Shown piece after piece: positions 37,243 through 45,755 of a stretch of DNA of 64,000 nucleotides. The notes below the pieces were generated by a model. That model saw only the letters and a program-made list of their open reading frames with translations. It ran no database searches and was not told where the DNA came from. A program made the position numbers and the translations under genes. Origin of the DNA: Clostridia bacterium (lineage in GTDB: Bacteria > Bacillota > Clostridia > Oscillospirales > CAG-272). The first letter of the stretch is position 1, and each line of letters begins with the position of its first letter. Location: contig JAFUOQ010000010.1 of the NCBI GenBank assembly GCA_017472695.1, forward strand, positions 22,187-86,186, in the 5' to 3' direction.

Positions 37243-38880
37243 ATGAGTATATATAAAAAATATTGCCGTGAGTCTTTTGACAAGGACGGCAAGCTGATCA
37301 ATTTTGAAATAGAATATCCGAAGGACTTCAATTTTGGTTACGATGTGGTGGACGTATATGCGGAAACCGAACCGAATAAAAAGGCTCTCGTTTGGTGTAA
37401 CACTAAAAACGAGGAGCACATTTTTACCTTTGCGGATATCAAAAAATACAGTAACCGAATTGCGAATACGCTTGCAGATGCGGGTGTAACAAAAGGCAGC
37501 CGTGTGCTGGTGATATTAAAGCGGCACTACGAGTATTGGTTTGTTGCGGTTGCCTTGCACAAGCTTGGTGCTGTGATGATTCCTGCCACGCATATGTTGA
37601 CGGTTAAGGACTTGGAATACCGCATAAATGTCTCACACGCCGATGCGATCATTTGCACACCGCAGGATGATGTACCAAGCAATATCAAAGCTGCTTTAGA
37701 ATCGACAGAGACAGTTCCCATGCTTTGGTGCGTGCAGGAGAGCGTGGAGGGCTTTTGCAATCTGACTGAAGAAATGAAGCTTGCAAACGAAGAATTGGAG
37801 CGTATCCCAACGCTCGCCACCGATCATATGCTGATGTACTTTACCTCAGGCACAACGGGAAATCCCAAAGGCGTGATTCATGATTTTACTTATCCCTTGG
37901 CACATATTGTAACAGCAAAATATTGGCAACAAGCCGAGGAGGATGGACTGCATTTTACGGTTGCCGAAACGGGATGGGCTAAGGCTTCTTGGGGAAAGAT
38001 CTACGGTCAGTGGCTTGTCGGCTCCGCCGTAATGGTATATGACTTTGATAATTTTGAACCGAAACAGTTGACGAATATTATCAACCGTTACGGAGTGACC
38101 TCGTTTTGCGCGCCGCCAACCGTTTACCGATATCTTGTCCGCAAGGGCGTTCCTAAAATGCCGAAGCTTCGCCATGCATCGACTGCGGGAGAAAAGCTTG
38201 CTCCAGATGTGTTTCAAACATTTACCGAGCAAACGGGACTTGTGCTTTGCGAGGGTTACGGACAAACTGAAACGACCTTGCTGATGGGAAATATGAAGAA
38301 CTATACACCCGTCGAGGGCTCTATGGGGATCGTATCTCCGATGTATCACATCGAGCTTCAGGATAAAAAAGGAAACGCAGTACCCCAAGGAGAAATCGGA
38401 GAGGTTGTCATCGTTCCGCCTGAAAACGGAAAACAGATCGGCGTTTTCTGCGGTTATCTCGATAACGAAAAGCAATACGAGCACGTATGGCGCGGAGGCG
38501 TGTATCATACGGGAGACGCGGCTTGGCAGGATGAAAACGGACTGTATTGGTTTCACGGTCGCTTTGACGATATTATCAAAACGGGAGGCTTTCGTGTTGG
38601 TCCCTATGAGATCGAAAACGTGCTGATGGAACATCCTGCAGTCACCGAATGCAGTGTGATTGGCGTCCCCGATGCTTTGCGCGGTCAAGCAATCAAAGCC
38701 GTTGTGATCCTTCAAAATGGCTTTGTTCCAACCAAAGAGCTTGAAAAGGATATCAAGGATTTCTGTAACGCAAAGCTCGCGGAATATAAATGGATCCGTA
38801 TCGTTGAATTTGTCACAGAAATGCCCAAAACCATCATCAGCGGTAAGATCAAGAAAACAGAGCTTCGCAAAAGAGCTTGA
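37243..38880 (+). CDS. AMP-forming acyl-CoA synthetase (medium-chain ACSM/MACS-like)
   Basis: 545 aa, starting 14 nt after the accA stop. AMP-binding motifs YFTSGTTGNPKG, GYGQTET, YHTGD and ISGKIKK. Confidence 0.8.
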   Translation: MSIYKKYCRESFDKDGKLINFEIEYPKDFNFGYDVVDVYAETEPNKKALVWCNTKNEEHIFTFADIKKYSNRIANTLADAGVTKGSRVLVILKRHYEYWFVAVALHKLGAVMIPATHMLTVKDLEYRINVSHADAIICTPQDDVPSNIKAALESTETVPMLWCVQESVEGFCNLTEEMKLANEELERIPTLATDHMLMYFTSGTTGNPKGVIHDFTYPLAHIVTAKYWQQAEEDGLHFTVAETGWAKASWGKIYGQWLVGSAVMVYDFDNFEPKQLTNIINRYGVTSFCAPPTVYRYLVRKGVPKMPKLRHASTAGEKLAPDVFQTFTEQTGLVLCEGYGQTETTLLMGNMKNYTPVEGSMGIVSPMYHIELQDKKGNAVPQGEIGEVVIVPPENGKQIGVFCGYLDNEKQYEHVWRGGVYHTGDAAWQDENGLYWFHGRFDDIIKTGGFRVGPYEIENVLMEHPAVTECSVIGVPDALRGQAIKAVVILQNGFVPTKELEKDIKDFCNAKLAEYKWIRIVEFVTEMPKTIISGKIKKTELRKRA

Positions 38881-38883
38881 AGA

Positions 38884-39230
38884 TGCTATGAGCGGCGACA
38901 ATGCACCTTCCAAAATTCTTCGTGGGGTGCTTTGTGCTGTTGAAGAAACAGATGTTCACTTCACCTTGCTGGAAATAAGAGTGAAATTGCAAGAATCTCT
39001 AAAGAAATAGGGTTAAGCTTGGAAAGCATTGAGATCATTCATGCGTTATAGAAATGGAGGATGATCCAATCTCTGCTTTTGATCGAAAGAAGGACTCGTC
39101 CATGATGACGGGGCTTAAATTGCTTGCTGACGGACAGGGCGATGCTTCAAGCGGTTCAATATGTACAAAGCGGTGTCTCAAACAAAATCAGGCACGTAGA
39201 GTAGGCAACGGTTACATCCGAACATACACG
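38884..39230 (+). pseudogene. plsX: Remnant of plsX (phosphate:acyl-ACP acyltransferase), frameshifted and truncated
   Basis: DAMSGDNAPSKILRGVLCAVEETDVHFTLL..KLQESLKK (frame of listed ORF 38717..39010). Then, in another frame, MEDDPISAFDRKKDSSMMTGLKLLADGQGDA (listed ORF 39054..39326). These match the PlsX N-terminal pattern DAMGGDNAP...KKDSSM...G.ADA. The remaining two thirds or so of the gene are absent. Confidence 0.55.
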
Positions 39231-39252
39231 GTATTCATTCGGCTCGAATCGA

Positions 39253-39281
39253 TTGACGAAGGTGAAAATATATGGTATAAT
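39253..39281 (+). promoter_or_regulatory. Sigma-A-type promoter of the PAS-wHTH regulator gene
   Basis: TTGACG (39253-39258), 17-nt spacer, TATAAT (39276-39281). Confidence 0.6.
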
Positions 39282-39347
39282 ATATTGTCAATGATGTATT
39301 TCTATGGAGAGCGAGATTGGATATGAGAGGTATATAGAGGAGATAGA

Positions 39348-41345
39348 ATGAACTTTCAATTAGAAAACAATACGGAAATACTGGATCAGTATATCAGCGG
39401 TTTCCGTCAATATATATTCGGAGAGTCGGTATTGCCGACCTTCATCAGTAGCAATTTTTGTAATATGGTGGGATATACCAAGGAAGAACTGGAGAGTAGC
39501 ACTGCTGATCTTTATGCGGAATTGGTGTATCAGGCAGATAGACATACATACGAGGATTTTTTGAACGGGATTGCACAGAACCGAGCATCTGACACTACGG
39601 AGTACAGACTCGTAAAAAAGGACGGTTCTGTTGTATTCGTCAGAGATACTATGACGGTGAAAGAATCCGAAGATCACAGCTTGGTCGGTTATTCCGTACT
39701 AACTGACATTACGGCAGTAAAAGCCGAAAATGAAAACCTTCGTTTTTTAAATGATACCGTTCCTTGCGGTATGCTCAAATACACCTGTGAGAAAAATCCC
39801 AAAATCACGTTTGTGAATAGGCAAATGCTTGAAATGATGCGCTTTCCCGATTCAAAGGACGGAGAGATCGATTACTTGGAGCTCTATAAGGACAATATCT
39901 ATTTGATGATTCCCATGGAGGAGCGGCGTAAGTTCTCACATTTTTTGAATCAGGTCTATACAAGCGGTTCACCAATTGCCGGAGAACTATCTGTACTCCG
40001 TTGCGACGGAACAAAAGCGCATTTGTACGGTTGGGTGACAAAGGTCACGAATACCGACGGTACAGAGGAATTTCAAAGCGTATGTATGGATGTGACCAAG
40101 CGGTATTATACCAAGAGAGCAACTGCTACCGAGCGGTATCTGAAAGCTCTTTCGGATGTATATGAAAAGATATTTGAGTACGATTTTGCAAACGGAACGG
40201 TAAAATACGTTTCGGGCGGTTCTGATACGTTCAGCAGAATTCGAAATCTGCCGATGCACATGGAGGAGGCGACCGAACAATGGATTGAGCATAGCGTATA
40301 CTCCGATGACCGCACTCTCATGCATGAATTCTTCTCAAACGTCTTTATGCAAAACACATCAAGCGGAATCCGCCCGCCGCAGATACAATACAGGGTAATA
40401 AAGAACGGCAAAATTCAGTATTATGCAGGTATCTTTTTGAAAATCGATTCCGGTGTTTCCTTGTTCTGCTGTCGAAAGTTACAGAACGATGGCGAGTCGG
40501 AGGCGTTGCGCAACGAAAACATTTCCTTGAAGAACAGAAATGAGAATATACAGGAAATGATCATGCGATATACAGACGGTCTCGCCGCATTTGAGATTAC
40601 CGATGACTGCGTTACTCCTTTGTATGCAAGTGATAATGTTTGCGAATTTTTTGGCTTTACAAAGGAAGAGTGGCTGCCGCTGATGAAGCAAAGCACCACG
40701 ATCAGAGAATTCGTTTCAAGAAGCGCGGTTGATTACGAAAAGTTCTCTGAGCTTCTGCGAACAGGAGAAGCTGAATTTACCTATTACGACATCGATGCAG
40801 ATACTGAAAAGCGTATTAAGGCGATCTGCTCACAGAAGCAGGCAGACATAACATCCCCTCGTTATGTTATGCTTTACAAAATGGATTCTTCGGAGCAGAA
40901 AAACGCAAATGTAGAGCAACCGAAGATCTATATCCGTACTTTTGGATATTTTGATATTTTTGTAAATGACAAGCCAATTGCTTTCCGCAATAAAAAAGCA
41001 AAGGAGCTATTGGCTTTGCTTGTTGACCGTCGTGGAGGATATGTGACGAGCGAGCAAGCCATTGGATATTTGTGGGAAAACGACTCAGCCAACACGGTAA
41101 CCTTGGCAAGATACCGTAAGGAGGCACTCCGCCTCAAAAACACTTTGGAGGAATACGGTATCGGGCATATTATAGAATCGGTGGACGGAAAGAGACGCAT
41201 CATTCCCGAACACATTGAATGTGATCTTTATAATTACCTTTCGGGTAAGGAGGAATTTACGGGACTTTTCAAAGGAAGCTATCTTACCGATTATGCTTGG
41301 GGGGAAATGACACTTGGTGAGCTTATGAATGATGCTATGAATTGA
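39348..41345 (+). CDS. One-component regulator: multiple PAS-like sensor domains + C-terminal SARP/OmpR-type winged-helix DNA-binding domain
   Basis: 665 aa. PAS-like blocks (e.g. FCNMVGYTKEELES..EYRLVKKDGSVVFVRD; MLEMMRFPDS..VLRCDGTKAHLYG). The C-terminus IYIRTFGYFDIFVNDKPIAFRNKKAKELLALLVDRRGGYVTSEQAIGYLW..CDLYNYL matches the SARP/BTAD N-terminal wHTH pattern. No receiver domain. Confidence 0.65.
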   Translation: MNFQLENNTEILDQYISGFRQYIFGESVLPTFISSNFCNMVGYTKEELESSTADLYAELVYQADRHTYEDFLNGIAQNRASDTTEYRLVKKDGSVVFVRDTMTVKESEDHSLVGYSVLTDITAVKAENENLRFLNDTVPCGMLKYTCEKNPKITFVNRQMLEMMRFPDSKDGEIDYLELYKDNIYLMIPMEERRKFSHFLNQVYTSGSPIAGELSVLRCDGTKAHLYGWVTKVTNTDGTEEFQSVCMDVTKRYYTKRATATERYLKALSDVYEKIFEYDFANGTVKYVSGGSDTFSRIRNLPMHMEEATEQWIEHSVYSDDRTLMHEFFSNVFMQNTSSGIRPPQIQYRVIKNGKIQYYAGIFLKIDSGVSLFCCRKLQNDGESEALRNENISLKNRNENIQEMIMRYTDGLAAFEITDDCVTPLYASDNVCEFFGFTKEEWLPLMKQSTTIREFVSRSAVDYEKFSELLRTGEAEFTYYDIDADTEKRIKAICSQKQADITSPRYVMLYKMDSSEQKNANVEQPKIYIRTFGYFDIFVNDKPIAFRNKKAKELLALLVDRRGGYVTSEQAIGYLWENDSANTVTLARYRKEALRLKNTLEEYGIGHIIESVDGKRRIIPEHIECDLYNYLSGKEEFTGLFKGSYLTDYAWGEMTLGELMNDAMN

Positions 41346-41353
41346 GAAAAAAT

Positions 41354-41791
41354 ATGGAAACAAGAACATACGATTATATTCGAAAAGTAAACTATTATGA
41401 AACCGATAAAATGGGGATCACACACCACTCCAACTATGTTCGTTGGATGGAAGAGGCTCGCACTGCGTTCCTTAATCATTTCGGTTGTGGGTATGCCAAA
41501 TTTGAAGAATACGGTGTTATATCCCCTGTTCTGTCCGTTAATTGTGAGTATAAGCACACAACCACATTTGAAGATGAGATTATCATTCACGTTGCTGTAG
41601 AGAAATACACAGGGGTCAAGCTGACATTCAGATATATTATGGAAAATTTTAAAACGGGTTCAACAGTTATGCTTGGTAAAAGCGAGCATTGCTTTCTTGA
41701 TGAAAAGCATATTCCCGTTATTGTGAGAAAGAGATTCCCAAAATTTGATGCAATACTCAAAGGCTTGGTTGCTAAAATTGACGAAAACTAA
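41354..41791 (+). CDS. Acyl-CoA thioesterase, 4HBT/YbgC family (hot-dog fold)
   Basis: ATG at 41354. VNYYETDKMGITHHSNYVRWMEEAR motif. Confidence 0.75.
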   Translation: METRTYDYIRKVNYYETDKMGITHHSNYVRWMEEARTAFLNHFGCGYAKFEEYGVISPVLSVNCEYKHTTTFEDEIIIHVAVEKYTGVKLTFRYIMENFKTGSTVMLGKSEHCFLDEKHIPVIVRKRFPKFDAILKGLVAKIDEN

Positions 41792-41804
41792 GAAGCGGTA
41801 TAGT

Positions 41805-41850
41805 AAAAAACAAAGAGGGTTCGTGCACTTACGAATCCTCTTTGTTTTAT
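41805..41850. terminator. Bidirectional terminator (thioesterase / MATE convergent pair)
   Basis: AAAAAA-CAAAGAGGGTTCGT-GCACTT-ACGAATCCTCTTTG-TTTTATTTT. Confidence 0.8.
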
Positions 41851-41864
41851 TTTATGAATTCACC

Positions 41865-43280
41865 TTACTGAACCGCCTTCTCTTGCTTGGCGTGGTCGAG
41901 CTGTCTATATGTTCTTACAATCAAAATAGCAGATATCACCGCCGTGAGAATATCCGATACGGGCATCGAGTAAAGCACACCGTCAAGACCGAAGAACAGA
42001 GGAAGGATCAACGCAAAACCCACTCCAAACACGATCTCACGCACCATAGATAGCATTGTGGATTCCACCGCCTTACCCATAGCCTGCAAGAAAATGAAGG
42101 TCGCCTTGTTCACACAGGCAAAGATCATCATACAGAGATAAATGCGGAATGCTTTAATTGCAAAATCTGTGTAATATACGCTCTCGTTTGACGCACCGAA
42201 GATTTGGATCAGCAGGTTCGGGAAGAACTCCACGATGACAAGTGCTACAGCACCAACGATTGCCTCAGCAATAATGAGCTTTGAAAAGAGCTTCTTTACT
42301 CGGTCAAACATCTTTGCTCCCATATTGAATCCAACTATTGGAATACAGCCTGCCGCCATACCGATGACGATAGAAATAACGATCTGGAAGAACTTCATGA
42401 CAATGCCGACCACCGCCATAGGAATCTGCGCAAATTGCTCTTGTCCAAAGATGGCATCCATTGCACCGTACTTGCGGATCATATTGTTGATTGCCGCCAT
42501 TGCAGCTACAAGAGAGATTTGAGCAAGAAAGCTACACAGACCAAGCGAAAGCGTTTTGCCAACGATCTTGCCTTTGAGTTTAAAATCGAGCTTTGTGGGC
42601 TTGATGATCTTGGCACGGAGCAGATACCACACTGCCAAAACCGCCGTTGCGATCTGCCCGATAACGGTAGCAACTGCCGCACCCATCATCCCCCATTTGC
42701 ATCCGAAAATAAAGATAGGGTCGAGGATAATATTGATTACTGCACCCGTAAGCGTGGAAATCATAGCAAATTTAGGATTTCCATCCGCGCGGATAATGGG
42801 ATTCATTGCCTGACCGAACATATAAAACGGAATACCAAGCGTAATCCAAAAGAAATATTCCTTAGAGAGCGCAAAAGTCTCGGCGTTGACCTTGCCGCCG
42901 AAAGCAGTAAGGATCGGATCGGCAAAGATCAGATAGATAACCGTAAGTACGATACTTGAAATTACACAGAGAAGAACCGAGTTGCCCACGCTCCTTGTGG
43001 CATTTTCGGGCTTCTTTTCTCCAAGCGAGATGCTAACAAACGCACAGCAGCCGTCACCAATCATAACGGCAATACCGAGAGCGATGACAGTTAAAGGAAA
43101 CACAACGGTGTTGGCGGCATTTCCGTATGAGCCGAGATAGTCGGCGTTTGCAATAAATATCTGGTCAACGATGTTATATAAAGCACCGACCAAAAGTGAG
43201 ATGATACAGGGCACTGCGTACTTGCCCATGAGCTTGCCAACGTTCTCCGTGGCAAGATAGCTTTGATTTTCTTTTTCCAT
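41865..43280 (-). CDS. MATE-family efflux transporter
   Basis: 471 aa with about 12 TM helices. MATE-like N-terminus (GKLMGKYAVPCIISLLVGALYNIVDQIFI). Confidence 0.8.
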   Translation of the reverse strand: MEKENQSYLATENVGKLMGKYAVPCIISLLVGALYNIVDQIFIANADYLGSYGNAANTVVFPLTVIALGIAVMIGDGCCAFVSISLGEKKPENATRSVGNSVLLCVISSIVLTVIYLIFADPILTAFGGKVNAETFALSKEYFFWITLGIPFYMFGQAMNPIIRADGNPKFAMISTLTGAVINIILDPIFIFGCKWGMMGAAVATVIGQIATAVLAVWYLLRAKIIKPTKLDFKLKGKIVGKTLSLGLCSFLAQISLVAAMAAINNMIRKYGAMDAIFGQEQFAQIPMAVVGIVMKFFQIVISIVIGMAAGCIPIVGFNMGAKMFDRVKKLFSKLIIAEAIVGAVALVIVEFFPNLLIQIFGASNESVYYTDFAIKAFRIYLCMMIFACVNKATFIFLQAMGKAVESTMLSMVREIVFGVGFALILPLFFGLDGVLYSMPVSDILTAVISAILIVRTYRQLDHAKQEKAVQ

Positions 43281-43590
43281 TTCTAATACCTCCTATAAAG
43301 CAAAGAAAAGGCGTAAGTCCTTCAAGCTGGACTTACGCCTTTTGGCTACGCACTATTGATATTATACCACAAAATTTTAAAAATTGCAAGTGGATTTTTT
43401 GCCGAAAAATCCTCTGACGAAGCAGCCATCTTCGAATACACCTTCCGCATCGGAGTGCGTTTAACAGTCGAAGCACTTAACGAATAAGCCTTGGATGGCA
43501 AGTACTCCAAAATGCTTGCCATCCTATATTATTTCAAACTGATTTCACGTTCGCCACCTATAATACCTACGATAAAATGGAGGGCTGCTT

Positions 43591-43686
43591 ATGATAAAAT
43601 GCAATACTCAATTTTACATAGGCATACTTTCCCATTATGAAAACAAGCTCCGTGAAATGATGGAAGAAATCCGTAGATCCGCGTAA
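43591..43686 (+). CDS. Candidate 31-aa small ORF
   Basis: GGAGGG lies 7 nt upstream of the ATG, and TATAAT at about 43557 upstream. Sequence MIKCNTQFYIGILSHYENKLREMMEEIRRSA. No homology can be judged. Confidence 0.2.
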   Translation: MIKCNTQFYIGILSHYENKLREMMEEIRRSA

Positions 43687-43691
43687 GGAGT

Positions 43692-43736
43692 AAAAAAGCA
43701 AAAATACGGCATACCTCTTTCAAGATATGCCGTATT
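43692..43736 (-). terminator. Intrinsic terminator of the 43795..45501 gene
   Basis: AATACGGCATA-N12-TATGCCGTATT hairpin with a T-run on the minus strand (plus-strand AAAAAAGCAAAA at 43692-43703). Confidence 0.7.
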
Positions 43737-43794
43737 CTTGCAGAACTATCCTTTAGGGTAGACCCTAATGCAACAGTCTTTTTTAGTGATTTAA

Positions 43795-45501
43795 TTATTC
43801 CTCGTCGTCCTTTGCCTTTGAAGACTTAACGATAACTGAGCTATCAGCCTCGAGAGCCTTAACAAGCTTGCGAGCGAGAAGGTCCTCTGTTTCTGCATAT
43901 GGATATTCAGCCACATAGTCAACCTTTTTAGCCTTTGGATCTGGCTCAATACCAAATTTAGCCATTACGATATCAACGATTTCCTTTGCCTTACGTAGAC
44001 CAAGACCACTCTTAATCTTTAGGAGCATTGGAACCTCTGCGAAAATCTTTGCATCGATAGCATCGTGGTGGTATTTTGACTTGTCAAATTCTTCTGGATT
44101 AAGTGCGCAGTATACACAAACAGTCTTACCACGGAGCTTAATCTTAAAGAGCTGATCCCTACCTCTGTTGTAGCTATCAAACTTCCAGCTAATCTTCGAT
44201 TTAGTACCCTTATATGAAAGAATATGGTTCTTCAATTGACTGTAGTAATCCTTAACTGTTTCGTCACTTTGGATTAGGTTAGCAGTAAAGCTACGGCTGT
44301 ACTTGATTTCAATCTTGTTACCTTCGTTATCAAAGTATGTAGGAATGATAGTAGGAACAACCTCGCCAACCTCTTCAACAACAGTTTCCTCAACTGGAGC
44401 ATCGTCCTCAACGATAGGAGCAACCTCGTCAGCTACATCCTCAACAACTGCCTCTTCAACAGCTACGTCCTCAACAGCTGCTTCCTCAACAACTGTTTCT
44501 TCAACAGCTACGTCTTCAGCAACTGTTTCTTCAACAGCTACGTCTTCAGCAACTGTTTCTTCGGTAGCCTTTGGCATTGGCTCTTCAATGATTTCCTCTT
44601 GAATGTATACCTCGGTAGCTTCAACAGGAGCTTCGGTTTCATCTTCAACGGCAGGAGCAACCTCGTCAGCTATCTCTTCGTTATTTTCAATAGCGGAGTA
44701 AAGTTGAATTGTAAATACGGAATCTGTATCGCCCCTTTCGATAATAGCCTCACCGTTTGGCTCTACACCCCAACCAACAAAGGATTGGTTACCTGCGTAG
44801 GTGTCTGGTGCACAAAGGTTAACATAATGAGATTCCTTGTAGATGAATTTATCTGTGTTACTGTCAAGGAAGAGAAGCTCAACAACAGCAGTTTCATTAA
44901 ATTCCTCGTTGCTTGGCTTTGCGTTTTCGTCAAAAATAGGATATAGATTAATAGCAAATACTGCGCTAACCTCGTCACCCTCAAGAACAATCTCGCCACC
45001 CTTTTCAAAGCTCCATCCGCTTGCTTTTACTGGAACATCTTGGTTTTCTGGCAAAATAGCATTAATTTTAGTTGTATTAGCTTTAATGATGTTTTCACAT
45101 TCAGCATCTAAATAATTGAGCTGAACAAAAACACCCTCTGCCTTCTTCTTTGCCTCTGCAATCTCATCCTCGTCTGCCCAAACAGCATAGAGAACAACTG
45201 TGTGAGTGAGAAGAAATTCAGGCTCGGAGATAATGTTTTCACCTTCTGGATCTAGACTCCAGCCGATAAACACTCTGCCTTCCTTAATTGCTGGGCGAAC
45301 AACTGCTTTTGAGAGCCAAGGCTTTTTCTCATACTCAATTTCATAATCGCCCTCGGTGTCAACGTAAACAACTTGACAACGAATAACAGCTGCGAGAATA
45401 GCACAGATGATACAAACCGCTGCAACTATAGCGCAACCAACGACGCTAACATTGAAAATATCAAATCCAGCGCCAAAAAGAATTGTGTTTACAAATTCCA
45501 T
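43795..45501 (-). CDS. Membrane-anchored surface protein with Listeria/Bacteroides-type repeats, acidic V/E/A linker and conserved C-terminal domain
   Basis: 568 aa with an N-terminal TM. Three repeats of the F(I/V)GW..(P/E).G..I pattern. Linker VAEDVAVEETVAEDVAVEETVVEE. Confidence 0.55.
   Translation of the reverse strand: MEFVNTILFGAGFDIFNVSVVGCAIVAAVCIICAILAAVIRCQVVYVDTEGDYEIEYEKKPWLSKAVVRPAIKEGRVFIGWSLDPEGENIISEPEFLLTHTVVLYAVWADEDEIAEAKKKAEGVFVQLNYLDAECENIIKANTTKINAILPENQDVPVKASGWSFEKGGEIVLEGDEVSAVFAINLYPIFDENAKPSNEEFNETAVVELLFLDSNTDKFIYKESHYVNLCAPDTYAGNQSFVGWGVEPNGEAIIERGDTDSVFTIQLYSAIENNEEIADEVAPAVEDETEAPVEATEVYIQEEIIEEPMPKATEETVAEDVAVEETVAEDVAVEETVVEEAAVEDVAVEEAVVEDVADEVAPIVEDDAPVEETVVEEVGEVVPTIIPTYFDNEGNKIEIKYSRSFTANLIQSDETVKDYYSQLKNHILSYKGTKSKISWKFDSYNRGRDQLFKIKLRGKTVCVYCALNPEEFDKSKYHHDAIDAKIFAEVPMLLKIKSGLGLRKAKEIVDIVMAKFGIEPDPKAKKVDYVAEYPYAETEDLLARKLVKALEADSSVIVKSSKAKDDEE
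44431..44565 (-). repeat. In-frame 30-bp tandem repeat encoding the acidic linker
   Basis: AACTGTTTCTTCAACAGCTACGTCTTCAGC is perfect at 44491-44520 and 44521-44550. Degenerate copies lie on both sides. Confidence 0.85.
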
Positions 45502-45694
45502 TCAAAAATCCTCCGTATGTAATTATATTTTGATAACTTTATTATACAGTAGTAATTTTTTTTTGTCAATGATTTTTTTCCTTTTTTTGAAAAAAATCGT
45601 ACACTCTGTGGCACTTTTTACACTTTTTCAGCCCAATAACAAAAAAATTAGCGCTGGGGAGTGTCAAAAATTCTTTAGCGCGATAAAATTTATG

Positions 45695-45739
45695 TTGATT
45701 TTAATCGCAAATTAATGTATAATTGAAATATGAATTTCA
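45695..45739 (+). promoter_or_regulatory. glyA promoter with abutting 6-4-6 palindrome
   Basis: TTGATT (45695-45700), 17-nt spacer, TATAAT (45718-45723). TGAAAT-ATGA-ATTTCA follows immediately at 45724-45739. Confidence 0.5.
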
Positions 45740-45755
45740 TATTTTGGAGGCAAAA

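Noticed and set aside
39054-39326. 90-aa ORF as an independent gene upstream of the regulator
   Set aside because: Its N-terminal half is the KKDSSM region of a frameshifted plsX remnant. The rest runs through the regulator promoter.
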